Source of the DNA: an uncultured Gammaproteobacteria bacterium
Lineage (GTDB): Bacteria; Patescibacteriota; Patescibacteriia; UBA2196; GWA2-42-15
Direction: 5' to 3'
Assembly: GCA_964628705.1 (NCBI GenBank)
Contig: CAZVLW010000001.1
Coordinates: 3,298-39,061, forward strand
DNA: 35,764 nucleotides
The number at the start of each line of letters is the position of its first letter. Position 1 is the stretch's first letter. The notes under the pieces are model-generated. The model did no database searches. It saw only the letters and a list, made by a program, of their open reading frames with translations, and was not told the DNA's origin. Position numbers and translations under genes: made by a program. Below are positions 16,800-25,934 of this stretch, piece by piece.

Positions 16800-17879
16800 T
16801 CACTTGATTACACTTGCCATCTCTTGGATAAACCTTTTAGTTGAAAATTTATATGCTTGAGATTGGCAATCAGATTTCATAGATAAGGCTCGCTCTTGAG
16901 TCATGCTTCGGACTGCTTGGATAATATCGTCAAGACTATAATTAGCAGGAATAAATACACCAGTTTTGTTATTTATAATGCTTTCCTTCAAACCGCCTTC
17001 ATTCACACCAATGCAGGGTTTACCAGCTGACATTGATTCAAGTGGGGTCATACCAAAATCCTCATTAATAGGAATATATAAAGTGGCAATACAATAGCCA
17101 AGTAGCTCTTTGAGTTCATCGTCTTCTAACCAACCTTTAATTTTAATATTACTGTAACCTTGAGCCATTTTTGTTATCCTTGCCAGATCATCGCCGCCTG
17201 AAGCGACAATTAATTTTTTATGCGGCATACGCTGAAAAGCTTTGACAATATCGCCTATCCTTTTAAGTTTATCTACCCTGCCAAAAGACAAATAGTAATC
17301 AGCCTGCCCTAACCATTTAAATTTTTTAATATCAATAGGCGGATAAATTATTTGTGAGGGGGTTGAAAGATATTTTTTTATTCTAGCTTGCACGTTTTTA
17401 GAGTTGGCAATAACTATATCCATTTGTCTAAAACCCCATTGATAGACTAAGCGGCTGATAGGAATAATGAAACGCAAGATTAAGCTTTTCCACCATATTT
17501 TTTGCTTTAAATAATAGTCTTTCAAATCAAAAGCATGGCGTACGGGGGTGTGACAATAAAACACTTTTTTTACCCCCTTTGCCACATTGTAAGCAGCTGA
17601 TAGGCAGTTGTTGCCGGAAAAAATAACTATATCATAGCGTTGGATAAATTTGGTACGGAAATAAAAAAGCCACTGAAACTTAAGGTAGCGCCAGCCGCTC
17701 TTTTGGCTTGAGTTGCCTAATACATAGAGTTTGTGCGGCACTTGTTTTTTTGAAAAGCTATTTTCCTCTGACCAAAAACCAGTAGCAATATCAGCGCCTA
17801 AACCCCGAGCCATAGTAAGCACCAAGCGCTCTGCGCCACCGCGAAACATAAAACGATCATGGATAATAAGTATTTTCAT
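16800..17879 (-). CDS. Glycosyltransferase family 4 (GT-B)
   Basis: NEDFGMTPLESMSAGKPCIGVNEGGLKESI motif. N-terminal GGAER nucleotide-sugar fold signature. Confidence 0.85.
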   Translation of the reverse strand: MKILIIHDRFMFRGGAERLVLTMARGLGADIATGFWSEENSFSKKQVPHKLYVLGNSSQKSGWRYLKFQWLFYFRTKFIQRYDIVIFSGNNCLSAAYNVAKGVKKVFYCHTPVRHAFDLKDYYLKQKIWWKSLILRFIIPISRLVYQWGFRQMDIVIANSKNVQARIKKYLSTPSQIIYPPIDIKKFKWLGQADYYLSFGRVDKLKRIGDIVKAFQRMPHKKLIVASGGDDLARITKMAQGYSNIKIKGWLEDDELKELLGYCIATLYIPINEDFGMTPLESMSAGKPCIGVNEGGLKESIINNKTGVFIPANYSLDDIIQAVRSMTQERALSMKSDCQSQAYKFSTKRFIQEMASVIK

Positions 17880-18001
17880 AACCTATGAAATTACAGATAT
17901 GTTACGAATTTACAATTTAGTTGATTAATATAGATTTTATATTTCCTTAATGCTGAGACAGGAGTCTAAATTTGTAGCAAATTAGTCATTTTGTAGGCTG
18001 A

Positions 18002-19009
18002 CTATTTCATAGCCAAAATAGATCTTTTGTAAGCGGCTAAATTTTCTAAAGCAATACCAGTGCCTTTAGCTACACATAAAAGCGCGTCATCTGCGTTATA
18101 AGCCGGCACGCCGATTGACTGAGAAATAAATTCATCCATATTTCTTAGAAGTGAAGTGCCACCGGAAAGCACCATACCTTTTTCCATAATGTCAGCCGAA
18201 AGTTCAGGTGGAGTATTAAAAAGCACATGTTTAATAGCTGAAATTAATCCGGCTAATTCATCTTGGAGTGCCTCTGTCACATCATCAGATGAAACCGTGG
18301 CAATGCGCGGCAAACCGCTGACCATATCCCTGCCTTTAACTTCAGTAGTTAACTTTTTATCCAAATAAAGCGCTGAGCCAACTTTGATTTTTATTTGTTC
18401 AGCTGATCGTTCCCCGACTGCTAAATTGTATTTTTTTCTGACATATTCCTGGATGGCTGTATCAAATTTATTGCCCCCAATGTGGACTGAATCATTAGTA
18501 ACAATACCGCCAAGAGAAATAACGGCTACTTCAGAAGTGCCACCCCCCATATCAATAATCATATGACCCGAAGCTGAACCAATTGGCACATTGGAACCAA
18601 TAGCTGCGGCGATTGGCTCTTTAATAATATAAGCGGCTTTGGCTCCGGCAGCCAAAGTGGCATCAATGGCGGCGCGCCTTTCAGTTGAAGTCACTCCACC
18701 CGGCACGGCAATCATGACTTCCGGGCGAAAAATCCTAAATCCACCAATAGCTTTGTTGACAAAATACCTCAGCATAGCTTCAGTTGTTTTATAATCAGCA
18801 ATAACGCCATCTTTAAGCGGCTTGGAGGCCATAATAGTGTCCGGCGTGCGTCCAATCATTTGTTTAGCTTCATCACCCACGGCTAAAACTTTTTTGTCTA
18901 CCAAAGAATAAGCCACGACTGATGGCTCATTAATGATAATACCTTTACCGGGGACGTAAACCAAGGTGGTGGTAGTGCCCAGATCAATAGCAATTTTTTT
19001 AAAAAACAT
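18002..19009 (-). CDS. mreB: Second MreB/Mbl-family actin homolog (stand-alone paralog)
   Basis: Actin-fold motifs are IAIDLGTTTTLVY, IIDMGGGTSEVAV and MVLSGGTSLLRN. By hand count it is clearly more GC-rich than the operonic mreB. Confidence 0.92.
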   Translation of the reverse strand: MFFKKIAIDLGTTTTLVYVPGKGIIINEPSVVAYSLVDKKVLAVGDEAKQMIGRTPDTIMASKPLKDGVIADYKTTEAMLRYFVNKAIGGFRIFRPEVMIAVPGGVTSTERRAAIDATLAAGAKAAYIIKEPIAAAIGSNVPIGSASGHMIIDMGGGTSEVAVISLGGIVTNDSVHIGGNKFDTAIQEYVRKKYNLAVGERSAEQIKIKVGSALYLDKKLTTEVKGRDMVSGLPRIATVSSDDVTEALQDELAGLISAIKHVLFNTPPELSADIMEKGMVLSGGTSLLRNMDEFISQSIGVPAYNADDALLCVAKGTGIALENLAAYKRSILAMK

Positions 19010-19077
19010 AGTCTAATTAAATTAAATCTCCCTAAAAAAATTTTTCTTTTAAGCAATACTCAAGCCCATTAAACCAA

Positions 19078-19105
19078 TAAAAAAAGCTGTTTTATACTCA
19101 CAGCT
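19078..19105 (-). terminator. Intrinsic terminator upstream of mreB2
   Basis: On the minus strand, AGCUGU-GAGUAUAAA-ACAGCU is followed by a run of 7 U. Confidence 0.6.
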
Positions 19106-19182
19106 TAGCTTAAAAGAAGGTAAAAGTCAAAACGAATTAATAAATAACAATAAACAACTAATAATAAATAAAAAATAAACTC

Positions 19183-19272
19183 AAGGTCAAGCCAGCTGGA
19201 AACTACGGGAGGGGCGGCTGCCTAAATAGAAACGCGAATCATCAGAAGAAGGGGCACCCGAGCACAACTGAC
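19183..19272 (-). other. GC-rich structured island (candidate ncRNA or 3'UTR element)
   Basis: A ~90-nt G/C-rich block (…GGGAGGGGCGGCTGCC…GGGGCACCCGAGC…) embedded in very AT-rich spacer. The terminator at 19078-19105 follows it on the minus strand. Confidence 0.3.
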
Positions 19273-19306
19273 GTATGATAGAATCTTGGTCAACAATTGT
19301 CCACAA

Positions 19307-20200
19307 TCAACCTTTCTCCCAATACCTAACTAATTCTATGAAATTTTTAGCTATTTGTTCTATGGCTTGTTTTTTATTTATGTATTTATGATGATAATCA
19401 AGCAATGGCCTTAAAAAAACTGTTCTGCCCACGGCAAATCCATTGAGTAAATGCCGCGGTGCTATATTCATCCAACTTTTAACTTTGGCAAAACTCTCTC
19501 CGCGACCGAGCATAATAATACCAGTGTTTTCCCTGTCTTCATCACGAATTAAGTCTATCACTGGTTTCCAATGAGCAGTTTCTTCAAATGCTTCTATTTT
19601 CCAAATGTTGGGAAAAATATTAAATTTATAAAAAAGTTGTATTGACTGGAGGGTTAGGGTGGGCCGAATTTTTTTATCATACTCCTCACGATTGTGACCA
19701 ACTTTTTGTAAATCTTTATCGCTCGGCGGCACCAACATTTCAACCAATAAATTAAAATCTTGAACATGACACCAATCATAGAGTCTTCTGAGTCTTTTGA
19801 GTTGCAACTGATTTGCTTGATGGTTGTCTGGATGAACCCTAAGCAGCGCTTTGACAATATCGGGTTCTATTTGGGCGATATATTTATCAAAATTTTTACC
19901 ATGTTCAAAAGCAAAAACTCGCTGGCTGCTTTTTTCTGTAGGCACGGCAGTAATAATATTTTTTTTTAAAGCATGGCGTATAATGTCACTACCCAACTCT
20001 TCATCCACCAAAATACCGCAATTTTCATAACGTTCTATGTATTTTTGAGATAATAAAAAAGCTTGATAGATAATTTTCTTATAACTCTTGAGTATTTTTA
20101 TTTTTTTATCATCTAAATTTTTATGAGTATCAAAAAAGGCGCGCTTAAAAGAACCACGATGATCAAAGGGTAAAATGTATAAATTTTGCGTATCAGGCAT
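19307..20200 (-). CDS. DUF2090 / class I aldolase-like TIM-barrel protein
   Basis: The N-terminal LYILPFDHRGSF resembles the DUF2090 (IolC C-terminal) and LacD aldolase signature. Confidence 0.5.
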   Translation of the reverse strand: MPDTQNLYILPFDHRGSFKRAFFDTHKNLDDKKIKILKSYKKIIYQAFLLSQKYIERYENCGILVDEELGSDIIRHALKKNIITAVPTEKSSQRVFAFEHGKNFDKYIAQIEPDIVKALLRVHPDNHQANQLQLKRLRRLYDWCHVQDFNLLVEMLVPPSDKDLQKVGHNREEYDKKIRPTLTLQSIQLFYKFNIFPNIWKIEAFEETAHWKPVIDLIRDEDRENTGIIMLGRGESFAKVKSWMNIAPRHLLNGFAVGRTVFLRPLLDYHHKYINKKQAIEQIAKNFIELVRYWEKG

Positions 20201-20305
20201 ATTTACTAAAATAAATGTTTATAAATTATAATTTAAATTTTTCAAGAAATTTGTTAATTTATGTTTACTGTTTCTTAATTCTATTGATTTTAATTTACCA
20301 CTATT

Positions 20306-20334
20306 TTGGTTTTTTGTCTAAAATAATGTATCAT
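20306..20334 (+). promoter_or_regulatory. Candidate promoter TTGGTT-17-TATCAT for dprA
   Basis: Hexamers at 20306-20311 and 20329-20334. In AT-rich DNA this match is only suggestive. Confidence 0.3.
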
Positions 20335-20359
20335 AGTCATAGAGAAATAATTTTATAAA

Positions 20360-21457
20360 ATGATTAGTCGTGAGCATAAATATTGGCTCGGATTTTCTTT
20401 AATTGAAGGAGTTGGGGCTAATAGACTAAAAAAAATATATAACTATTTTGGTTTGATGGAAAATGCTTGGCAAGCTGGTTTTAATGAATTTAAAAAAGCT
20501 AGTTTAGAAGATAAAATTATTCAAAACATTATAGAGTCTAGAAAAAAAATAGAGCTGAATAAAGAGGTGGAAAAAATGGAACAATTGGAAATTAAAATGT
20601 CTACTATGGCTGATGATAATTACCCAATAAGCTTGAGGCAAATCTTTAATCCGCCAAGTGTAGTATACTATAAAGGAAAACTAACTAACCAGCGAGATGA
20701 ATACAGTTTGGCATGCGTGGGCACTCGTAAATTTAGTCCTTACGGTAAACAAATAGTAGAAGATATTGTAAAGCGAGTATGCCAAGCTGGTATAACTTTA
20801 GTTTCCGGCCTGGCATTGGGTATTGACAGTTTGGCTCACCGTGTGTGTGTAGAAACCAACTCAAGAACAATTGCTGTTTTGGGTTCAGGTATAGATGAGG
20901 CAAGTATTTATCCAGCCAGTAATATTCATTTGGCGCGTGATATACAATCCCAAGAGGGTCTGCTAATGTCAGAATATCCTCCTGGCACAACCGCCTTGCA
21001 GGCTTATTTTCCTCAAAGAAATAGAATTATCGCAGGACTCTCTAAAGCAACTTTAGTCGTAGAAGCTCCAGGCAAATCAGGGGCGCTAATAACGGCGCGT
21101 TTTGCTTTGGAAAACAACCGAGATGTTTTGGCCGTGCCGGGAAATATTTATACAAAAAACGCGGCTGGAGTAAACCAACTTATTGCCATGGGGGCTTATC
21201 CTATTGTCTGCGCTGAAGATATATTTAAAATTTTAAATTTCCAACCAGCTGAATCTACTACTCAACACAAACAGAATTTATTACTTTCTGAACAAGAAAA
21301 AGCTATCCTGGAAATAGTTTCAGTTGAAGCTAAGCATATAAATGATATTATCCAATTAACTGGACTTCCCACAGCCAAAATTAGCTCATTTTTAACTATT
21401 ATGGAAATAAAAGGATTGATTAAAAATGTGGGAAATCAAAAATATAGTAAAAATTAG
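20360..21457 (+). CDS. dprA: DNA processing protein DprA (Smf)
   Basis: Rossmann-like core with LVSGLALGIDSLAHR and a C-terminal winged-helix (DML1-like) tail. Confidence 0.9.
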   Translation: MISREHKYWLGFSLIEGVGANRLKKIYNYFGLMENAWQAGFNEFKKASLEDKIIQNIIESRKKIELNKEVEKMEQLEIKMSTMADDNYPISLRQIFNPPSVVYYKGKLTNQRDEYSLACVGTRKFSPYGKQIVEDIVKRVCQAGITLVSGLALGIDSLAHRVCVETNSRTIAVLGSGIDEASIYPASNIHLARDIQSQEGLLMSEYPPGTTALQAYFPQRNRIIAGLSKATLVVEAPGKSGALITARFALENNRDVLAVPGNIYTKNAAGVNQLIAMGAYPIVCAEDIFKILNFQPAESTTQHKQNLLLSEQEKAILEIVSVEAKHINDIIQLTGLPTAKISSFLTIMEIKGLIKNVGNQKYSKN

Positions 21458-21669
21458 AAATTAGAAACCAAGGAATAAGGAATGCTTTAATAAAAAACTT
21501 GCTTATAAACTGTAAATATTAAAAAATTTTTAACCATCATCTTAAATAATTCTCGCAAACGGCAAAAGTTCTACTTCTGCTGAGCGTCAAGCGAACCACA
21601 GAGTGATGATAATTAAAAACTTAAACAATAAAATTTTTAAATTATTGATTGTTGATAATTTGGTCATTT

Positions 21670-21697
21670 TTGGTTCTTGTAACTTATGGCTTATAAT
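21670..21697 (+). promoter_or_regulatory. Promoter TTGGTT-16-TATAAT immediately upstream of the folC-like gene (very short 5'UTR)
   Basis: Hexamers at 21670-21675 and 21692-21697. The ATG is at 21712. Confidence 0.45.
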
Positions 21698-21711
21698 TTG
21701 TTCAGTATTTT

Positions 21712-22980
21712 ATGTTTGATAAATATCACCAAGCAGTTAGATATTTGGAGTCTATTAATTCTCTGCCTAAATCTGATTATATGCAGACCAGCTTTAGAAA
21801 TGAATTTTATTTATATAGAATGGGTGAGTTGATAAAAAAATTGAAAATTGATTTAACCCAATTTAAATATATTCACATTGGAGGAACGGCCGGTAAAGGA
21901 ACCACGACTGCTATGGTACATCAAATTCTAAGCAAGGCTGGCAAGCGCGTGGGCTCATATTATTCGCCTCATCCAACTACTTCCATAGAACGCATTAAAA
22001 TGGGGGAAAAATTTATCCCACCCGATGAATTTGCTATTTTAATGGATAAAATTAAACCAATCATTGATAAAATGTATCTACACTCAAAATATGGGGCACC
22101 GAGCTATTTTGAAATATTCTTCGCCATTGCTTTGCTTTATTTTACTAACCGCAAGTGCGAATATGTAATTTTAGAGGTTGGCTGCGGAGGTGAATTTGAC
22201 GCCACTAATATTATACCTACTCCTAAAATATGCGCCATCACGAATATTGGTTACGACCATACACATTTACTTGGCAAGACTTTAACTAAAATTGCTAAAA
22301 CTAAAGCCGGCATTATTAAGCCTAATAGCCTTTTTTTAACCTCAGAGCAGCGGCCGCATTTAATAAGAATTTTTAAACAAATTTGTAAAAATAAAAAATG
22401 CCAATTTGAACAAACTTTAAGAACTCAAACTAAAAAAAATTTAAATGCTGAATTAGCCGCTGCTGTTGCCTCTAAATTAGATATCCCAGATAAGTATATA
22501 CGCCGAGGAATTAAAGATACGCACATCTCATGCCGCTTTGAAGTAATACAAAAAAAACCGCAGATTGTTTTGGATGGGGCACATAATTATGATAAACTAA
22601 ATTTAACTTTATCCAAGACTAATAACATGCAGTATAAAAAATTATTTTTAATTTTTACTTTAAATGAAAACAAACAAATAGATCAAATTATAAAAATGAT
22701 GGCCTATAAAATGCCTACTGAAAGTGAAATTTATATAACCCGCCACTTGATAGAAAGCAGGCTATGTGCTAACCTTGAAGCTATGCAAAAATTATTTAAT
22801 AAATATGGCACGGCCAAAAAACAGATAAAAATTTTAACAGATCCTTGGCAAGCGCTTCATAGAGTGCTCGTCAGAGCTAAAAAAAATGATTTAATTTTAA
22901 TTACTGGTTCATTTTATTTAGCAGGAGAATTGCGCAAATATTGGATAAGTGAACATAAAATATTGAGTGCAAATATATAA
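21712..22980 (+). CDS. folC: Folylpolyglutamate synthase/dihydrofolate synthase-like Mur-ligase family protein
   Basis: P-loop HIGGTAGKGTTTAM followed by YYSPHPTTSIERI. A C-terminal Mur-ligase domain is present. Confidence 0.75.
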   Translation: MFDKYHQAVRYLESINSLPKSDYMQTSFRNEFYLYRMGELIKKLKIDLTQFKYIHIGGTAGKGTTTAMVHQILSKAGKRVGSYYSPHPTTSIERIKMGEKFIPPDEFAILMDKIKPIIDKMYLHSKYGAPSYFEIFFAIALLYFTNRKCEYVILEVGCGGEFDATNIIPTPKICAITNIGYDHTHLLGKTLTKIAKTKAGIIKPNSLFLTSEQRPHLIRIFKQICKNKKCQFEQTLRTQTKKNLNAELAAAVASKLDIPDKYIRRGIKDTHISCRFEVIQKKPQIVLDGAHNYDKLNLTLSKTNNMQYKKLFLIFTLNENKQIDQIIKMMAYKMPTESEIYITRHLIESRLCANLEAMQKLFNKYGTAKKQIKILTDPWQALHRVLVRAKKNDLILITGSFYLAGELRKYWISEHKILSANI

Positions 22981-23012
22981 ATTAACATAGATAATTAGAT
23001 AAATTAAGGTTT

Positions 23013-25259
23013 ATGAAAAAATTAGTCATTGTAGAATCTCCAACCAAAGCCAAAACTATATCTAAATTTTTAGATAAAAATTATAAGATTATGTCATCTT
23101 ATGGTCACTTACGCGATTTACCCAAAAAAGATTTGGGTGTTGATGTGGAGCATAATTTTAAGCCCAAATATGTAGTAGCAGATGATAAAAAAGCGGTTAT
23201 TGATGAATTGTATAAAGCAGCCCAAAAATCAAATATGGTCTATTTTGCGACTGATGAGGACCGTGAAGGTGAAGCTATTTCATGGCATTTACTTTATCTG
23301 CTCTCTCAAAAACAAAAAGATATTCAACATAAAAGAATTGTATTTCATGAAATTACTAAAGATGCCATACTGGAAGCCCTTAAAAGCCCGAGGGAAATTG
23401 ATAAAAATTTGGTTGACGCCCAGCAAGCCAGAAGAATATTGGACCGCTTGGTGGGTTATAAATTGTCACCTTTTTTATGGAAAAAAGTATCTAAAGGCTT
23501 ATCAGCTGGACGCGTGCAATCTGTAGCTGTAAGATTAATAGTTGAACGTGAACGTGAAATACAAAAATTCAAGCCAGAAGAGTACTGGGATATAGAAGCA
23601 ACTTTAGAAAATCAACACAAACAAGAGTTTAACGCCAAATTGATTAAAATAGTTGATAAAAAATTGGAAAAATTTGATTTAAAAAACCAAAGGCAAGTAA
23701 ATGGCATTGTTGAAGATTTAGAAAAACAAAATTATCAAGTGAGCAAGATTGAAACTAAACAAACTCCTAAAAAGCCGCAGCCACCTTTTACCACTTCCAG
23801 CTTACAGCAAGAAGCGCACAATAAACTTGGTTTTTCATCAAAACAAACCATGTATCTGGCTCAGAACTTGTACGAAGGTATCAAGCTGGGCAAAGAACAG
23901 GTGGGTTTGATTACTTATATGCGTACTGATTCTCTAAACTTATCATCCAATTTCACAACTCAAGCACACAGCTACATACAAGACGAGTTTGGTCATAAGT
24001 ATCTACCTAAACAAGTTAATAAATACAGCACTAAATCAAAGACAGCCCAAGAGGCACATGAAGCTATTCGTCCAACTGATCTATCCCGTGCGCCTGAAGA
24101 AATAAAAAACTATCTAAATGACAAACAATATAAACTATATGACTTAATCTGGAAAAGGGCGCTGGCCTCTCAAATGCAAGCGGCTAAAATAAATAAAACC
24201 AGCATAGATATAGCGGCTGGCAAATATTTATTAAGGGCTAATGGCTCACAAATATCTTTTGATGGATGGCTTAAGGTATATCCCGGAATTACTAAAGAAA
24301 ATATTTTGCCCCAAATAAAACAAGCTGAGAAGTTCGGCTTAAAAGAACTCAAACCAACACAACACTTCACTGAACCTCCACCAAGATACAATGATGCCAG
24401 TTTGGTTAAAAAACTTGAAGAGTTGGGTATTGGACGGCCTTCAACTTATGCTCCTATTATTTCAACTATCCAACAGAGAAATTATATCAAACGTGAGTCA
24501 GCTAAATTTATTCCCCAAGATATTTCATTTGTTGTAGTTGATCTGCTTAAAGACCACTTCCCTAAAATAGTTGATTATAAATTTACCGCCAATATGGAGG
24601 ATGACTTGGATAAAATCGCTGGAGGCAAAAAAAAATGGCAGCCAATTATTAAAAAGTTTTATTCACCTTTTATAAAAAATCTTGAGCAAAAATACGAACA
24701 AATTAAAAAACAAGATTTAATCACCGAAAAAAGCTCTGAGGTGTGTGATAAGTGTGGTAAGCCGATGGTAGTTAAAACTAGCCGCTATGGTAGATTTTTA
24801 GCTTGCAGTGGTTTCCCCAAGTGTCGCAACACTAAACAAATCGCTAAAATCAATAAAGAAAATGAGGTAAATGATGTAGAGGTTAAAGAAAAAGAGGAGC
24901 CGGAAAAAACTGATTTGGAATGTGAAAAGTGTGGCTCTCCAATGGTTATCCGCCATGGCCGTTTTGGTAAATTTTACGCTTGTAGTAATTTTCCAAAGTG
25001 CAAAAACACCAAACCTTTAGATCAAGATACTGGGATTAACTGCCCTCAATGTGGCAATGGTTCTATTGTGGCTAAAAAAACACGCTCTAAAAAAACTTTT
25101 TATGCTTGTGATAATTACCCTAAATGTAAATATGCACTTTGGGCTAAGCCGACTGGTAATAATTGCCCAAAATGTGAAAGTTTAATGATCAATGCGGGCA
25201 AGGATAAAGAAAAATGTTCAAATCAAAAATGTAAGCACACTCAGGAGGTAGAGAAATAA
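23013..25259 (+). CDS. topA: DNA topoisomerase I with four C-terminal zinc ribbons
   Basis: TOPRIM (LVIVESPTKAKTI, DEDREGE), catalytic Tyr context ITYMRTDS, and four Cx2C...Cx2-5C modules. Confidence 0.95.
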   Translation: MKKLVIVESPTKAKTISKFLDKNYKIMSSYGHLRDLPKKDLGVDVEHNFKPKYVVADDKKAVIDELYKAAQKSNMVYFATDEDREGEAISWHLLYLLSQKQKDIQHKRIVFHEITKDAILEALKSPREIDKNLVDAQQARRILDRLVGYKLSPFLWKKVSKGLSAGRVQSVAVRLIVEREREIQKFKPEEYWDIEATLENQHKQEFNAKLIKIVDKKLEKFDLKNQRQVNGIVEDLEKQNYQVSKIETKQTPKKPQPPFTTSSLQQEAHNKLGFSSKQTMYLAQNLYEGIKLGKEQVGLITYMRTDSLNLSSNFTTQAHSYIQDEFGHKYLPKQVNKYSTKSKTAQEAHEAIRPTDLSRAPEEIKNYLNDKQYKLYDLIWKRALASQMQAAKINKTSIDIAAGKYLLRANGSQISFDGWLKVYPGITKENILPQIKQAEKFGLKELKPTQHFTEPPPRYNDASLVKKLEELGIGRPSTYAPIISTIQQRNYIKRESAKFIPQDISFVVVDLLKDHFPKIVDYKFTANMEDDLDKIAGGKKKWQPIIKKFYSPFIKNLEQKYEQIKKQDLITEKSSEVCDKCGKPMVVKTSRYGRFLACSGFPKCRNTKQIAKINKENEVNDVEVKEKEEPEKTDLECEKCGSPMVIRHGRFGKFYACSNFPKCKNTKPLDQDTGINCPQCGNGSIVAKKTRSKKTFYACDNYPKCKYALWAKPTGNNCPKCESLMINAGKDKEKCSNQKCKHTQEVEK

Positions 25260-25316
25260 CTGGCAAAAGGAAATATATATTTTAAATTTGAATTTTAAAA
25301 TTTAGGTTTTGATATT

Positions 25317-25350
25317 AAAAAACAGTTTTGTCAAATACAAAGCTGTTTTT
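25317..25350. terminator. Intrinsic terminator after topA (usable in both directions)
   Basis: AACAGTTTTGT-CAAAT-ACAAAGCTGTT forms an 11-bp stem with one G.T, flanked by A and T runs. Confidence 0.6.
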
Positions 25351-25415
25351 AAATTGATTGCTTGCCACCCCACTTCAACGAAATCAGCCACTAACTACCC
25401 TGATTTAACCGAATC

Positions 25416-25767
25416 AGCTACCTTCAGCCAAAGCTGGATAAAAGAAGTAGAGGCGAGCGCTTTCTACCCGGCTTTAGCCGAGGGTTTAAGAGCTTTAGCT
25501 CAATTACTGCGCACTCAAGTGTAGCTACCTTCAGCCAAAGCTGGATAAAAGAAATAGAGGCCTACCCGGCTTTAGCCGAGGGTCTAAGAGCTTTAGCTTT
25601 ATGATGATACTCAAACATAATTACCTCCAGCTAAAGCTGGGTAGAAGAAATAGAGGCGAGCGCTTTCTACCCGGCTTTAGCCGAGGGTTTAAGAGCTTTA
25701 GCTCAATTGAGCTCGATTACTATGCACTCAAGTGCAGCTACCTTCAGCTAAAGCTGAGTGGAAGAAA
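25416..25767 (+). repeat. Tandem array (3 full units plus 1 partial) of a ~100-113-nt GC-rich multi-hairpin module
   Basis: Units start at 25416, 25523, ~25623 and 25736. Each carries the hairpins (U)UCAGC-YAAA-GCUGR, GUAGAG..UUCUAC, CGGC-UUUA-GCCG and GAGC-UUUA-GCUY. Wobble pairs are valid only in plus sense. Confidence 0.85.
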
Positions 25768-25825
25768 ATATATTTTATTTATCTAAAGTTAGCTAAAAAA
25801 ATTTTCAACTTTTAACTTCAACAGC

Positions 25826-25854
25826 TTGATTTTTTTAAAAAAAATAAGTAAAAT
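25826..25854 (+). promoter_or_regulatory. Candidate promoter TTGATT-17-TAAAAT for rel
   Basis: Hexamers at 25826-25831 and 25849-25854. The context is AT-rich, so support is modest. Confidence 0.3.
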
Positions 25855-25934
25855 TAAAAAGACTAAAAATTATGAGATTTTAACTTTGTTTAATATCTGT
25901 TAAAATTGAAATAACTAAGTCTTTATCTGTTTTT

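Noticed and set aside
20201-20359. Divergent gene-orientation switch as a possible oriC
   Set aside because: The orientation flips back at 27404/27543. No DnaA-box cluster or dnaA is present. It is an ordinary divergent promoter region.
21534-21610. Possible folate-related riboswitch upstream of the folC-like gene (ATCATC...GATGAT closing helix around a moderately GC-rich core)
   Set aside because: No match to THF, ZTP or purine consensus elements that I can recall. In addition, a good TTGGTT-16-TATAAT promoter lies downstream of it (21670-21697), leaving only a ~8-nt 5'UTR, so the element is probably not in the folC leader.
25416-25767. CRISPR array hypothesis for the tandem repeats
   Set aside because: There are no unique spacers. 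The variable segments between conserved blocks are themselves homologous between units and only 22-32 nt long. Units are ~105 nt with internal hairpins, and no cas genes are in the window.
25309-25786. Two ORFs (71 aa and 61 aa) across the tandem repeat array
   Set aside because: They read the same repeat unit in different frames. Unit lengths are not multiples of 3, and the first ORF also reads through the topA terminator. The repeats are non-coding.
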